Below, piece after piece: positions 28,220 to 39,126 of a stretch of DNA of 64,000 bases. Where the stretch lies: contig JAKAJD010000001.1 of assembly GCA_021813945.1 (NCBI GenBank), positions 9,744-73,743 of the forward strand. The letters run 5' to 3'. Below the pieces are notes generated by a model that searched no databases, was not told the origin of the DNA, and worked only from the letters and a program-made list of their open reading frames with translations. Source of the DNA: a bacterium (GTDB lineage Bacteria; Patescibacteriota; Microgenomatia; Curtissbacterales; GWA2-41-24). Position numbers and translations under genes: made by a program. Numbering within the stretch: the first letter of the stretch is position 1; each line of letters begins with the position of its first letter.

Positions 28220-29496
28220 CTATTGTCGGAACGGGTCGTGTGGGCTTACCACTAGCTCTCTTTCTTGCGGAAAAAGGGCACACTGTTTATGGTTTGGATG
28301 TCGACGAAAATAAAATAGGAACCCTTAAAAAAGGCGAAATGCCCTTTTTAGAAGAAGGGGGATCGGATCTGTTAAAAAAACATGTTAACAAAAAATTCAT
28401 TCCAAGCTCTGATTTTTCAAACATATCAAAATCGAAAGTAATTATTCTTACGCTGGGAACCCCAGTCGATGAGAATATGAACCCATCGCTTGTGCAAATA
28501 GATAGGGCCTTGAAAACCGCCAGCAGGTATTTTAAAAACGACCAACTTCTAATTTTAAGATCTACAGTTTCTCCAGGTACTACAAACTACGTCAAATCAG
28601 TGATTAACGATTCAGGCAAATTTAAAGTCGGAATTAATTATTTTTTAGCTTTTTGCCCTGAAAGAATAGCCGAAGGTAAATCACTCAAAGAACTTGGAGA
28701 GATTCCTCAAATTGTAGGAGGGGTTGATCGCCAAAGTACTCAAAAAGCAGCGGAATTTTTTGCAAGTCTTGGCATAAAAGTTAATAAATCAGACGACATT
28801 TCCGCAGAACTTGCAAAGCTTTTTACAAATATGTATCGCTATATCAATTTTGGAATTTCCAATGAGTTCATGATTCTGGCAGGAAATTACAACAGAGATA
28901 TATACAAAATTGTCGAACTTGTAAACAAGGATTATAAAAGAGGTGGCTTAGCGCTTCCAGGGCTAACCGGAGGTCCATGCTTATTTAAAGATGGATTCTT
29001 CTTAATAAGCGATGTACCATTTTTAGATCTTATTGCAACAAGCTGGAAAATTAACGAATCAATTCCTCTGTTTTTAATAAATAAAATACGACAGAGAAGA
29101 AAGCTGGAAGGTAAAAAAGCTGTTGTGTTGGGTTTAGCGTTCAAAGCTGATATCGACGATATCAGAGAATCTCTTGCGTTTAAAGTTAAAAAAGCACTCG
29201 AAAGGGAGAGGGCACAGGTCTTTTTGCACGATCCATACATTAAAGATTACCAAAATAACTTGAATGAAACCCTAAAGGACGCTGATTTTGTCTTTATTGC
29301 AACCAACCATTCTTTTTATAAAAAGTTAGATTTTGAAAATATTAAAAAATTAGTTTCAAAAAATTGCGTTATTTGTGATGTTTGGAATATATTTAAAACA
29401 AATAAAATCATTTTCACAATAAAATCTTTAGAAAATATGGGGAATAAAAAATTTCAAGACACGGAAAGCGATTTGGAACACCCGGGCTTGATATAA
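28171..29496 (+). CDS. Nucleotide-sugar dehydrogenase (WecC/UDP-HexNAc dehydrogenase-like)
   Basis: GTGRVGLP, LGTP, RSTV.PGTT, CPERI.EG, AELAKL..N, GGPCL.KD, AFKADIDDIRES. Confidence 0.85.
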   Translation: MAKATKKPRQVSNKQVAIVGTGRVGLPLALFLAEKGHTVYGLDVDENKIGTLKKGEMPFLEEGGSDLLKKHVNKKFIPSSDFSNISKSKVIILTLGTPVDENMNPSLVQIDRALKTASRYFKNDQLLILRSTVSPGTTNYVKSVINDSGKFKVGINYFLAFCPERIAEGKSLKELGEIPQIVGGVDRQSTQKAAEFFASLGIKVNKSDDISAELAKLFTNMYRYINFGISNEFMILAGNYNRDIYKIVELVNKDYKRGGLALPGLTGGPCLFKDGFFLISDVPFLDLIATSWKINESIPLFLINKIRQRRKLEGKKAVVLGLAFKADIDDIRESLAFKVKKALERERAQVFLHDPYIKDYQNNLNETLKDADFVFIATNHSFYKKLDFENIKKLVSKNCVICDVWNIFKTNKIIFTIKSLENMGNKKFQDTESDLEHPGLI

Positions 29497-29503
29497 GCTT
29501 ATT

Positions 29504-29532
29504 TTGACACTCCAAATTTTAAAAGTTAAAAT
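29504..29532 (+). promoter_or_regulatory. Leaderless-type consensus promoter
   Basis: TTGACA-17 nt-TAAAAT, 6 nt before ATG 29539. Confidence 0.7.
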
Positions 29533-29538
29533 TTTAAA

Positions 29539-30255
29539 ATGAAACTTTCTATAGTTATTCCTGTTTACAACGAGGGGCAAGTTATAAAAGAAACTTTAAC
29601 TAAGCTGGAATCTTCTCTGAAAACACCACACGAAGTTTTAATAGTTTACGATATGGATGAAGACACAACAGTGCCTATTGTAAAAAAATTGCAAAATGAC
29701 CTCAAAAACATAAAGCTTGTTAAAAATCTCTATGGTAAAGGTGCATTGAATGCTCTAAAAACTGGCCTTAAAAAATCACAAGGGGAAGCGGTTTGCATAA
29801 TGATGGCAGATTTAACAGACGACCCAAAAGTAATCGAAAAGATGTTCAATTTATATCAAAAAAATAAAGGTGTTGTTGCAGCATCAAGGTACATGAAAGG
29901 CGGCCATCAAATTGGTGGACCAAAATTTAAGCAACTGCTTTCGCGTACTGCCGGAATCAGTCTCCACTATCTCACCGGAATCGCGACACACGATGCAACA
30001 AACTCCTTTAAACTTTATCCTAAAAAGTTTCTTAAAGAAACAAAAATAGAATCAGACGGTGGTTTTGAATTAGGCATAGAATTAACTGTCAAAGCTTTCG
30101 CAAAAGGCTATAACATTTCAGAAGTTCCGACGACCTGGATATATTCGTCAAAGGAATCACGTTTTTATCTTAAAAAATGGTTACCAAAATATTTAAAATG
30201 GTATTTCTGGGCAATCACGCACAAATATCAATCGCAATCGATCAATAATTTTTAA
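29539..30255 (+). CDS. GT2, polyprenol-phosphate glycosyltransferase-like
   Basis: VIPVYNE, MMADLTDD, ASRY..GG, DATNSFK, EVPT.W. Confidence 0.82.
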   Translation: MKLSIVIPVYNEGQVIKETLTKLESSLKTPHEVLIVYDMDEDTTVPIVKKLQNDLKNIKLVKNLYGKGALNALKTGLKKSQGEAVCIMMADLTDDPKVIEKMFNLYQKNKGVVAASRYMKGGHQIGGPKFKQLLSRTAGISLHYLTGIATHDATNSFKLYPKKFLKETKIESDGGFELGIELTVKAFAKGYNISEVPTTWIYSSKESRFYLKKWLPKYLKWYFWAITHKYQSQSINNF

Positions 30256-31697
30256 TGAAAAAAATGTTATTGGCTGCTGTTTTTCCAGCGATTGTTCTAA
30301 TTACGCTATTTATTTATAAACAAAGTTTAAGCTTTTATTTTTTTCAAGACGACTGGTTTGTGCTGGATACAATAAAAAACATTCACCTAAATAACATCTT
30401 TAGCATTTTTTCTGCAAGACAGGATGTTGTTTACTATAGACCTGTCGGAATGCAATTATTTTTCTTTTTAAGTAAGTCTTTATTCGGGTTAAATCCTATT
30501 AATTTTCATCTACTTTCCTTTTTCTTTCATATTTTAAACATATTTATGATAGGGTTAATCTCTTTTCAGATTTTCAGAAGCAAATTTGCGTCGGCCGTTT
30601 CATCCTTTTTTTATGCGGTAGCGTCTTTTCACTTTATGACACTCTCCTGGATATCATTAACTTGGAATAACATTGGAACTTTCTTTGTATTTTCGTCTAT
30701 TTATTTTTATCTAAAGTTTTCTTTATCCGAAAAGTTAATAGATTATTTTTTGGCTGTCAGTCTTTTTTTTGTAGCTTTATTCAGCACAGAGTTTGCAGCT
30801 CTTACACCAATAATAGCTGCCTTAATTTCTCTCCTTTCGCCAAATAAAATTAACTTTCGCGGTATTAAAAAAACTTTATTAATTTTAAGTCCACCGATAT
30901 TAGCAATCATCGTATATATTTCCTTTCGATTGACTCACTCCGCCATTCAAACGACTAGCGACTACAAGATCGTCATTAGCACAAAAATTATAAAAAATCT
31001 GATATGGTATTTCTTATGGCTTACTGGCGTACCACAAGAGCTTAAATTTAATTTGAGTATCTCACAGCTAAAAATCGCCCGAGCTTTTTTAAACGGTGCT
31101 GGATTTGAAATTTTACTTTTTTTCCTCTTTTGGTTAGGAATTATTATATTAGCGATTTTTTTACTCAAAAAAAACAAATCGCCTGCAAAATTAAATATTG
31201 TCGTTGCTCTCATATTTTTAATAGGTCTAATACCAGTTATATTTCTCCCGAACCACACATTTCCATATTATCTGAACATTTCCTCTTTAGGGCCCTTTTT
31301 ATTTATTGCCTTTCTTCTCAAAAAAAATGCCCGCAAAGGAAATGAAAAATTTTTTATTATCAATTATCTAATAATTATTATTTGGCTATTTTTATCTTTC
31401 ACAAACTATCGAATTAATGCTAAAACCAATTGGATTCCGGGCGAAGCTATTATTTCAAAAAAGATCACAGAAGACGCTTTGATCCAGTCAGCCAACAATT
31501 CAAACTATTCACCTGTAGTTATAGTAAGCGAAGATGCGGTCGGTACTGAGCAGTCATTAACAGGCCAAAGGGCCTTGCAAATCATACTTAATAATCCAAA
31601 TATTAAAACTTATGTCAGAAAGAGAGAGCAAGCGATAAATGACTACAAGATGGGCACCTTACCAAAAAACGCATACTACATTTTTTATTATCAATAA
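30255..31697 (+). CDS. GT-C-like polytopic membrane protein
   Basis: FFQDDW after TM1, YYRP, FGLNP..FH; ~11 TM. Confidence 0.65.
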   Translation: MKKMLLAAVFPAIVLITLFIYKQSLSFYFFQDDWFVLDTIKNIHLNNIFSIFSARQDVVYYRPVGMQLFFFLSKSLFGLNPINFHLLSFFFHILNIFMIGLISFQIFRSKFASAVSSFFYAVASFHFMTLSWISLTWNNIGTFFVFSSIYFYLKFSLSEKLIDYFLAVSLFFVALFSTEFAALTPIIAALISLLSPNKINFRGIKKTLLILSPPILAIIVYISFRLTHSAIQTTSDYKIVISTKIIKNLIWYFLWLTGVPQELKFNLSISQLKIARAFLNGAGFEILLFFLFWLGIIILAIFLLKKNKSPAKLNIVVALIFLIGLIPVIFLPNHTFPYYLNISSLGPFLFIAFLLKKNARKGNEKFFIINYLIIIIWLFLSFTNYRINAKTNWIPGEAIISKKITEDALIQSANNSNYSPVVIVSEDAVGTEQSLTGQRALQIILNNPNIKTYVRKREQAINDYKMGTLPKNAYYIFYYQ

Positions 31698-31705
31698 ACG
31701 ATTTA

Positions 31706-33337
31706 CTATCTTTTCTTAAAAAAATAGTTGTTGTCAGAAGTCCTGGTAATTTCAAAGTTGCCATCAATCACCTTAAAATACTCGTCCCTCCAACTGGGGG
31801 ATGACTGGCTTTTATAATTGTTCCATTCTTTGGTACTTATTATCAAATAATCGCCTTTATATGACTTAAGATCAGTGACTAAAATATTGTTAAGTATTTC
31901 CGCCTTGCTATACCAAGGGAAAAAATTTACAAAATACCCATACGGCAATCTTGTGCTTTCATAATAATAGCTGGCAGAAAAATCCCGAAACACGAAAATT
32001 TTGGAATCAGAAGGGCTCTTTCTAAGAACATTTACCGTAAGTTCATTTTCCTTCGGGAAAGAATTAAAAGATGTTTGATTAAAACTATACCAATCTTTTG
32101 CAATAAATAAGCTTATTAATCCAAATCCGACAAAAATTATTACGCTATTTAAAATAAATCGCTTTTTAAAGATAAGTTCTATTAAACAAAATGTAATCGC
32201 AAGTGACACAAGCCAAAATGAGAAAAGGTAATACGGCGAAAGATGAGTATTTGTAGCTATTCTTAGCCTCAATGGTAGCAAAAAAACAATGATCAAAATT
32301 GCATGCGAAATCCGTCTTTGAAGCAAGAATGTGATTACACCCATAAGGTAAAAAAGGGCAACTATCATCTCAATACTGAAGAAGTTATTATAAAGATCTG
32401 TAAATATCGTTTTGACATAAAGAGTGTATTCTCCGTGGATTGCGAATGGCGCAACTAAAAATTTGCTTGCTCTAATAAATGTTAAAAGAGCTAATCCTTC
32501 GGTTTTAATAAGTAAATAAAAATGGATATAAACTTCATGGATGGCATTGAGGTAAACATCTAGTGGTTTGAATCCTGTAATTAGTTTAGATTCTCTGAAA
32601 AAATAAACAGTCGAATTAAAATTAAATGCATCGTCGACAAAACTTCTTAAAGATTTGGTAATAAGTAGATAAATAAGAAAAATCGCCGTTAAACAAAAAA
32701 TTGTCAGAACATAAAATTTTAGATCAATGAGATTAGCCCTAATATTAGAATGCTTATTTTTAATTTGCCAAAGTAGGTGAAAAATTATCAATATCACAAA
32801 AGCTACAATATGCATGGGAGAGGTCAAAAACATTAAAAAGGAAATCGTAGAAAACATCACAGTTCTCTTTTTTCCCATTGGCAAACCATTAGAATCGAGT
32901 ATTAAAAAGTAAGCGCCCAAAAGCATCAAAGCCCAAATAGGTCCGTCGGCAAATTGTTGACCTCCGTATAGGCTTATTCCAAAAGAGGCAAGTAGAATAA
33001 GGGGTAATACTGAATACTTATAAATTCCTTTTAAATAAATAAACATGAGCGAAAAGGAAGCAAAGGTTAGTCCAAGCATTACAGCTCTATAAAGCAATTT
33101 TGTGTGAGCTACTAACTCAAGGGGCACACCCATAAAAAATAGCAAGGGAAAGTGGTGACTAAAAAAGTCTCGATAGAGAACGTATCCCTGCGACATTAAC
33201 CATGGCGCTACCATGTTATCGTACTCGTCTCCAAAATCTAATTTATTAAAGTACAAAGAGTAGATTTTAATGCCAATAATAAGTACAAAAAGAAAGAAAG
33301 CGTATATATAATATTTCCGAATTCTCTTGAAAGTCAT
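31706..33337 (-). CDS. GT-C-like polytopic membrane protein (minus strand)
   Basis: GDEYDN after TM1, G.VLYRDFFSHHFPL; multiple TM, soluble C-terminal domain. Confidence 0.65.
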   Translation of the reverse strand: MTFKRIRKYYIYAFFLFVLIIGIKIYSLYFNKLDFGDEYDNMVAPWLMSQGYVLYRDFFSHHFPLLFFMGVPLELVAHTKLLYRAVMLGLTFASFSLMFIYLKGIYKYSVLPLILLASFGISLYGGQQFADGPIWALMLLGAYFLILDSNGLPMGKKRTVMFSTISFLMFLTSPMHIVAFVILIIFHLLWQIKNKHSNIRANLIDLKFYVLTIFCLTAIFLIYLLITKSLRSFVDDAFNFNSTVYFFRESKLITGFKPLDVYLNAIHEVYIHFYLLIKTEGLALLTFIRASKFLVAPFAIHGEYTLYVKTIFTDLYNNFFSIEMIVALFYLMGVITFLLQRRISHAILIIVFLLPLRLRIATNTHLSPYYLFSFWLVSLAITFCLIELIFKKRFILNSVIIFVGFGLISLFIAKDWYSFNQTSFNSFPKENELTVNVLRKSPSDSKIFVFRDFSASYYYESTRLPYGYFVNFFPWYSKAEILNNILVTDLKSYKGDYLIISTKEWNNYKSQSSPSWRDEYFKVIDGNFEITRTSDNNYFFKKR

Positions 33338-33342
33338 AATTA

Positions 33343-33348
33343 ATTATA
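33343..33348 (-). promoter_or_regulatory. -10 box, leaderless-type
   Basis: TATAAT on the minus strand 5 nt before ATG 33337. Confidence 0.5.
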
Positions 33349-33389
33349 CGATCTTTTCACCTTATCGTTTAAAATAAACTGTCAGCTTA

Positions 33390-35051
33390 ATGTTTAAGAG
33401 AATAAAACAGAACAATATTCGCATAATCTTTGTTGCTCTTATTTGCTTGACGTTATTTTTACGTCTCTATCAATTGGGAAATATACCTAATGGCTTTGCA
33501 AACGACGAAGGTGCTGTAGCATACCAATCGTATTCAATCTTAAAGACCGGAAAAGACACATGGGGGAAAAGTTTCCCAACTACATCTTTTAGAGATTTTG
33601 GAGAATATTTGCCACCGTTTGCGGTATATGCAATTGTGCCATTTATTAAATTAATCGGATTAACCGTATTTGCAACTAGATTACCTTTTGCTCTTACTGC
33701 AGTAATTGCAATTTTTCCAATTTACGCTTTGTCAAAGGAACTGTTTAATAACAAAAAAATCGCACTTCTTTCGTGTTTTCTGTTTGCTATTTCCCCCTTT
33801 AACATAGGGTGGTCACGGTTTATTTTCGAAGGCAATTTTGGAATGTTATTTTACTTGCTGGGAATTACTTTCCTTGTTTTTGCCAAAAAGAAATCCCATT
33901 TTCTACCTTTTTCTGCTCTATTTTTCGGCTTAACATTTACAACATATCACATATATTATTTTCTCACGCCCTTAACTGCTGCAATTTTAGCTATTCCCTT
34001 AATTTCAAAATTCGCTAAATCAAAAAGAGACACCCTTATTACAATCATAATATCTATAGTCTTTGTCGCTTACGCTCTAGCCATAGTTGCAAGCGGTTCT
34101 GGCAGGGAGCGCTTCAGGCAGGTCTCCATTTTTCAAAATCAAAATTCTTTAATAAATCTAAATTCAAGGCAATCTTATTGTGGAAAAAGTACACCACAAA
34201 TTATTTGCAGAATATTTTTCAACAAAGCAGAAACCTACCTTTTTGATTACAGCTATAATTATTTTTCGCATTTTTCACCCACCTTTTTATCTCTCGATGG
34301 AACCTTTTTACGCCAAGCAATATTGCCTAAGCACGGGTTAATTTATCCGTTTGAATTGCCATTTTTATTTATTGCAGCCTTTTTCCTCATAAAAAATTTT
34401 ACGTATCAATCTTACGTACTGGTGGGATTATTATTAATTTACCCCTTAGCAAACAGCTTTACAGGTGTGGGTGAGATATCCCGAATATCTCAAATCATGC
34501 CAATATTTCCGATTCTAAGTTCCTATGGAATATTCACAACGATCCAAAAGCTAAGACCCATTTTTAGGGGAATGCTGTCGATTTTCTTAGTTAGTTTTGC
34601 CGTATTTAACATAGTTTCGTTTTTATTGAATTACTTTTTAATTTTTCCCAGAACTAACGGTTACTTCGATTCGGATGCTTATGTCAAATTATTTAAAAAA
34701 ATAAGCGTAGACAAAACTAAATATAAAAATTTTTACATTACAAGAGATTACGAGGGCAACAGCCCAGAATATCAAGCCAGGATATTTCTGCCAATACCAC
34801 CAAACACTTTTCAAGATTCAACTCGCAATGAATTCGAAGTTAAAAAACCTCAAAATTATATTGACTACAAAAGATTAGACAACTATTATTTCTTCAGTAA
34901 CATGCAAGACATCAGCCCCAATCCCGGCGATCTAGTTGTTATAAATTACAATCAAGCTAGTGTGGCAAAAAAAATCGATTTCACTATATATGAAGATAGT
35001 GGTAATCCAGCCCTAATTGGAGTATCAGGCGAAAATTTAACTAATAAGTGA
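33390..35051 (+). CDS. GT-C membrane glycosyltransferase (ArnT/PMT-like), paralog of the 50.8-60.5 kb array
   Basis: IPNGFANDE...YSILKTGKD.WG, FRDFGEY.PP, RLP.A, ISP...WSR..FE. Confidence 0.8.
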   Translation: MFKRIKQNNIRIIFVALICLTLFLRLYQLGNIPNGFANDEGAVAYQSYSILKTGKDTWGKSFPTTSFRDFGEYLPPFAVYAIVPFIKLIGLTVFATRLPFALTAVIAIFPIYALSKELFNNKKIALLSCFLFAISPFNIGWSRFIFEGNFGMLFYLLGITFLVFAKKKSHFLPFSALFFGLTFTTYHIYYFLTPLTAAILAIPLISKFAKSKRDTLITIIISIVFVAYALAIVASGSGRERFRQVSIFQNQNSLINLNSRQSYCGKSTPQIICRIFFNKAETYLFDYSYNYFSHFSPTFLSLDGTFLRQAILPKHGLIYPFELPFLFIAAFFLIKNFTYQSYVLVGLLLIYPLANSFTGVGEISRISQIMPIFPILSSYGIFTTIQKLRPIFRGMLSIFLVSFAVFNIVSFLLNYFLIFPRTNGYFDSDAYVKLFKKISVDKTKYKNFYITRDYEGNSPEYQARIFLPIPPNTFQDSTRNEFEVKKPQNYIDYKRLDNYYFFSNMQDISPNPGDLVVINYNQASVAKKIDFTIYEDSGNPALIGVSGENLTNK

Positions 35052-36772
35052 TAAAAAACACCGCAGTAGTAATTATTATATTTTCATTTGCAGTTTTAGT
35101 TTCAACACCTCTTCTAAAACCGGGCCTATATTCTGTGCACGACGATCAACAAATAGCTAGGCTTTTTGTCTACGATCAAGCCTTAAAAAATGGTCAATTT
35201 CCAGTCAGGTGGGTTAGCGGTCTAGGTTTCGGCTTTGGCTATCCGTTATTTATTTTCTACCCACCGCTTGTATATATGCTAGGTGAAGTTTTCCATCTGA
35301 TTGGATTCGGATACATAAACAGTGTAAAACTTGTCTTTTTTAGCGGAATTTTATTATCAGGCCTTTCGATGTACTTATTGGTAAAAGATCTATGGGGAAA
35401 ATTAGAAGGTACAATTAGTGCTTTATTTTATATGATTGTTCCATATCGCGCTCTCGATGTTTATGTTAGAGGAGCTTTAGCAGAATCTCTTGCCTTTGTT
35501 TGGCTTCCGGCAATATTGTGGTCATTTTTCCAACTCAGGCGGACTCAAAATGCTAAATACGTTTACCTCTCGGCTATGTTTTTAGCTCTTTTGATGATTA
35601 CCCACAACCTAATATTCCTCCCTTTTGCGTTAATTCTTGGCATCTATCTGGTTTTTCTGGTATTAACATCCCAGAAACGGACCATACTCACCAAGCAAAT
35701 CATATTATCTGGCATATTAGGAGCCGGATTATCGGCATTTTTCTGGGCACCCGCCCTGCTCGAAAAAAAATATACCATAGTGGACAGCCTCTTGTTGGTT
35801 AATTTAGCGGATTACAGAATTCACTTTGTATTTCCACAACAGCTTTGGAACTGGCCATGGGGGTTTGGAGGCTCTGCCGGGCTTGAATCAGGTATTTCGT
35901 TTAAGATCGGCAAATTGCATATTATTTTGGCGGCAGCGACTGTTTTAATTGCAATTACTAGAAAAATATTTTTAAAGACTAAAACTAAATTAAATACCGA
36001 GGTTGATAACTTAATAATTATCTTTTTTGTGCTCTTTTTGTTTTCAGCGTTTATGGCAACTTTTTACTCCAGATTTATCTGGAAAATCATCCCGCCGCTT
36101 GCTTATTTACAATTTCCCTGGAGATTTTTAACATTTACTGCGCTTTTTAGCTCCATTTTAGTGGGAGCTTTCATCTATTATTTAAGGCTCCCCATCATAA
36201 AAATTGTATCAGGATTCATTTTGGTGATTTTACTTCTTATTCCAAACTTAAAGTTATTTCAGCCTCAATTTTATAGGACCAACTTAACAGACAGTGTGGC
36301 CACCTCAAAAGAGGTCATAAGTTGGGATGTTTCACTTTCATCTTTCGAGTACGTCCCAAAGGGTGTTGATATTTACAAAACAAGCTTCGGTACGAATATG
36401 ATAAAAATCGACAAATCCGAAATTCCAACTCAGCCGATTGAGATATTAAGTGGAACTCCACAAATTCAAATGTTAAAAACTACACCCGACAAAATACAAT
36501 TTCAATTAACTGCCGATTCTCCCTCAAGACTGAAAGCAAATATCTTCAACTTTCCGGGATGGTCAGTTGTAATCGATGGTAATCAAACATTAATCAATGA
36601 TGAAAATCCGCTTAAACTCATTACCTTTAACGTGCCAAAGGGCAGCCATTCGGTTAAAATAGAATTTGGAAACACTCCCATAAGATTAGTAGCAAATTAC
36701 ATAAGTTTGCTATCAATTTTGTGCTTAGCCATATTTGTATTCCGAAAATGGAAGATCCTGAGTACTCACTAG
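35048..36772 (+). CDS. Polytopic GT-C-like membrane protein, paralog of 25659-27257
   Basis: HDD, FPVRW, GFGYPLF.FYPPL, PYRALDVYVRGALAE, QFPWRFL, FPGW. Confidence 0.78.
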   Translation: MIKNTAVVIIIFSFAVLVSTPLLKPGLYSVHDDQQIARLFVYDQALKNGQFPVRWVSGLGFGFGYPLFIFYPPLVYMLGEVFHLIGFGYINSVKLVFFSGILLSGLSMYLLVKDLWGKLEGTISALFYMIVPYRALDVYVRGALAESLAFVWLPAILWSFFQLRRTQNAKYVYLSAMFLALLMITHNLIFLPFALILGIYLVFLVLTSQKRTILTKQIILSGILGAGLSAFFWAPALLEKKYTIVDSLLLVNLADYRIHFVFPQQLWNWPWGFGGSAGLESGISFKIGKLHIILAAATVLIAITRKIFLKTKTKLNTEVDNLIIIFFVLFLFSAFMATFYSRFIWKIIPPLAYLQFPWRFLTFTALFSSILVGAFIYYLRLPIIKIVSGFILVILLLIPNLKLFQPQFYRTNLTDSVATSKEVISWDVSLSSFEYVPKGVDIYKTSFGTNMIKIDKSEIPTQPIEILSGTPQIQMLKTTPDKIQFQLTADSPSRLKANIFNFPGWSVVIDGNQTLINDENPLKLITFNVPKGSHSVKIEFGNTPIRLVANYISLLSILCLAIFVFRKWKILSTH

Positions 36773-38217
36773 ATATAGAACTGATAAAAAGAAAAGCTAT
36801 ATCTGGTGTAGTAACATTTACACTGCGAACTTTTTTTATACAGGCGTTCACTTTTTTCGCGACCTTTATCTTAACCGTTCTTTTGGCTCCTTCAATTTTC
36901 GGAATTTTCTTTTTAGTTTCTGCAATTTTAAACTTCTTTGTTTATTTTTCCGATGTTGGATTGGCAGCTGCATTAATTCAAAAAAAAGAAGAGCCTTCAA
37001 GGAAAGATCTTGTTTCAACGTTCACTATTCAACAGACAATCATTCTTTCACTGGTGGTAATCGGCCTTATTTTTTCTTCCACCATAGCCGGATTTTACAA
37101 GCTAGACTCTAGCGGACTGCTTCTTTTAAGAGTCCTTATCATATCTCTTATCTTTTCTTCATTAAAAACTGTGCCGTCTATACTTTTGGAAAGACACTTG
37201 CACTTTTCAAAACTAGTGATTCCTCAAATTGCAGAAAATATAGTCTTCTATTTAACCGCGCTTATCCTGGCATATTATCACTTCCAAATAGCCAGTTTTA
37301 CCTGGGCAGTACTCTTGCGTGGGATTGTGGGCCTTGTCGCTATTTACATCTTGTCTCCATGGATGCCAGGAATTGGTATAGACAAACAAAGTGCCAAAAA
37401 ATTAACCTCTTTTGGTGTTCCTTTTCAAATAAATAGCGTATTGGCTTTATTTAAAGACGATCTTTTAACAGTCTTTTTAGGTAAAATTCTTACTTTCTCT
37501 CAGGTGGGATACGTTGGGTGGGCACAAAAATGGGCCTTCGTTCCTCTAAGATTTTTTATGGATAATGTTAATAAAGTGACCTTTCCCGCATATTCAAGAC
37601 TTCAGGAACATAAAGATGAGTTGGCGAAAGCCATAGAAAAATCCGTCTTTTTCGTCACCTTTTTGGTTTACCCATCAACCTTCGGGTTAATGGCTGTTGC
37701 CCCTCAAATAGTAGCTAGTGTGCCGAATTATGGAAAATGGGAACCAGCTTTACCGCTTTTATACCTATTTTCTATAAATGCCATTTTTTCTGCAGTATCG
37801 ACAACTTTTACTAATACTTTATTTGCAGTGGGTCATCCCAAAATCGTTTTAAAATTTATGACTTTTTGGACAGCTGCAACTTGGCTTCTGACAGTCCCTT
37901 TAGTTTTTAAATTTGGATACATTGGTGTGGGTATCGCATCGGCAGCCGTTGCAGCTTCATCGGTAGTCACTGTCTACTTTGTAAAGAAAGAACTTCAAAT
38001 ATCTGTGGGGAAAAATATAGTTGGGCCTCTTTTCACCGCAACCATAATGTTCTTCTTGGTTAAATCAGTAGAGGCTGCTTTACCAAAAACTATTCTAAGT
38101 GTAGTTTTCTCAATTATTTTTGGTGCTATAATTTATTTTATCATCTCGCTCTCAATCTTTAAAAAGCACTTAATTGAAGATTCAAAAATCATCATTAAAT
38201 CTCTTTTAAAGCCATGA
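36748..38217 (+). CDS. Wzx/MOP-family oligosaccharide flippase
   Basis: L.P..FG.F, DVGL.AALIQ, VTFPAYSRLQ; ~12-14 TM; start at ATG 36748. Confidence 0.85.
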   Translation: MEDPEYSLDIELIKRKAISGVVTFTLRTFFIQAFTFFATFILTVLLAPSIFGIFFLVSAILNFFVYFSDVGLAAALIQKKEEPSRKDLVSTFTIQQTIILSLVVIGLIFSSTIAGFYKLDSSGLLLLRVLIISLIFSSLKTVPSILLERHLHFSKLVIPQIAENIVFYLTALILAYYHFQIASFTWAVLLRGIVGLVAIYILSPWMPGIGIDKQSAKKLTSFGVPFQINSVLALFKDDLLTVFLGKILTFSQVGYVGWAQKWAFVPLRFFMDNVNKVTFPAYSRLQEHKDELAKAIEKSVFFVTFLVYPSTFGLMAVAPQIVASVPNYGKWEPALPLLYLFSINAIFSAVSTTFTNTLFAVGHPKIVLKFMTFWTAATWLLTVPLVFKFGYIGVGIASAAVAASSVVTVYFVKKELQISVGKNIVGPLFTATIMFFLVKSVEAALPKTILSVVFSIIFGAIIYFIISLSIFKKHLIEDSKIIIKSLLKP

Positions 38218-39125
38218 AAAAAGTCAAAATTTCGGCAGTGATTTCTGCCTTTAACGAAGAAAAAAAAATAGAAGATTGTTTAAATTCTCTAAAAAACGTC
38301 GTTGATGAAATTATTTTCATAGATAATTCATCAAGTGATAAAACTGTTCAAATAGCCAAAAAATATACAAACTTAGTTTTTGTTGTTCCCAATGACCCCG
38401 TGATGCTCAATAAAAACAAAAACTTCGGTTTTACAAAGGCCACTGGGCAATGGATCATTTCTCTCGACGCAGATGAGCGTGTTACGCCAGAACTTGCATC
38501 AGAAATAAAAAACATTATCAAAAACACTAAATACAATGCTTTCGAGATGCCTAGAAAAAATATCATTTTTGGTAAATGGATTCAGCATTCAATATGGTGG
38601 CCTGATTACAATGTAAGGCTTTTTAGGAAAAAATTCGGCCAATTTCCCTTAAAGCATGTTCATGAGAAACTTGCAGTTGATGGGAATATCGGAAGGCTAA
38701 CTAATCCTCTCATTCATTACAATTACGATTCAATTTCCCAATTTATAAAAAAACTAGACAATACTTACACCGAATCAGAAACAGAGAATTTCATTGCTAG
38801 CGGCAAAAATATAAATTGGTACGATGCAATCCGCTGGCCACTAAGTGATTTTATAAAGACGTTTTTTTTTGAAAAAGGTTACAAAGACGGTTTCCACGGA
38901 TTGGTACTGTCTGAACTTCAGGCTTTTTATTCACTAATATTTTTTGCAAAGGTATGGGAGAGAAAAGAAAAGTTTAAAGACCTAACACCTGAAGGTTTTT
39001 TATCTGAAACAGAAAAAGAGTTAGCAAGAGCAGCCAAAGAAGTAATGTATTGGATTTACACGACAAAAATCGAAAGTAGTTCCATCAAAAAAGTCTATTA
39101 CAAAATAAGAAGACGCTTCAGATAA
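38214..39125 (+). CDS. GT2 glycosyltransferase (WaaE/LgtF-like)
   Basis: NEE..I.DCL.S, LDADERVT, WWPDY..RLF, VHE, GYKDG..GL. Confidence 0.85.
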   Translation: MKKVKISAVISAFNEEKKIEDCLNSLKNVVDEIIFIDNSSSDKTVQIAKKYTNLVFVVPNDPVMLNKNKNFGFTKATGQWIISLDADERVTPELASEIKNIIKNTKYNAFEMPRKNIIFGKWIQHSIWWPDYNVRLFRKKFGQFPLKHVHEKLAVDGNIGRLTNPLIHYNYDSISQFIKKLDNTYTESETENFIASGKNINWYDAIRWPLSDFIKTFFFEKGYKDGFHGLVLSELQAFYSLIFFAKVWERKEKFKDLTPEGFLSETEKELARAAKEVMYWIYTTKIESSSIKKVYYKIRRRFR

Positions 39126-39126
39126 T

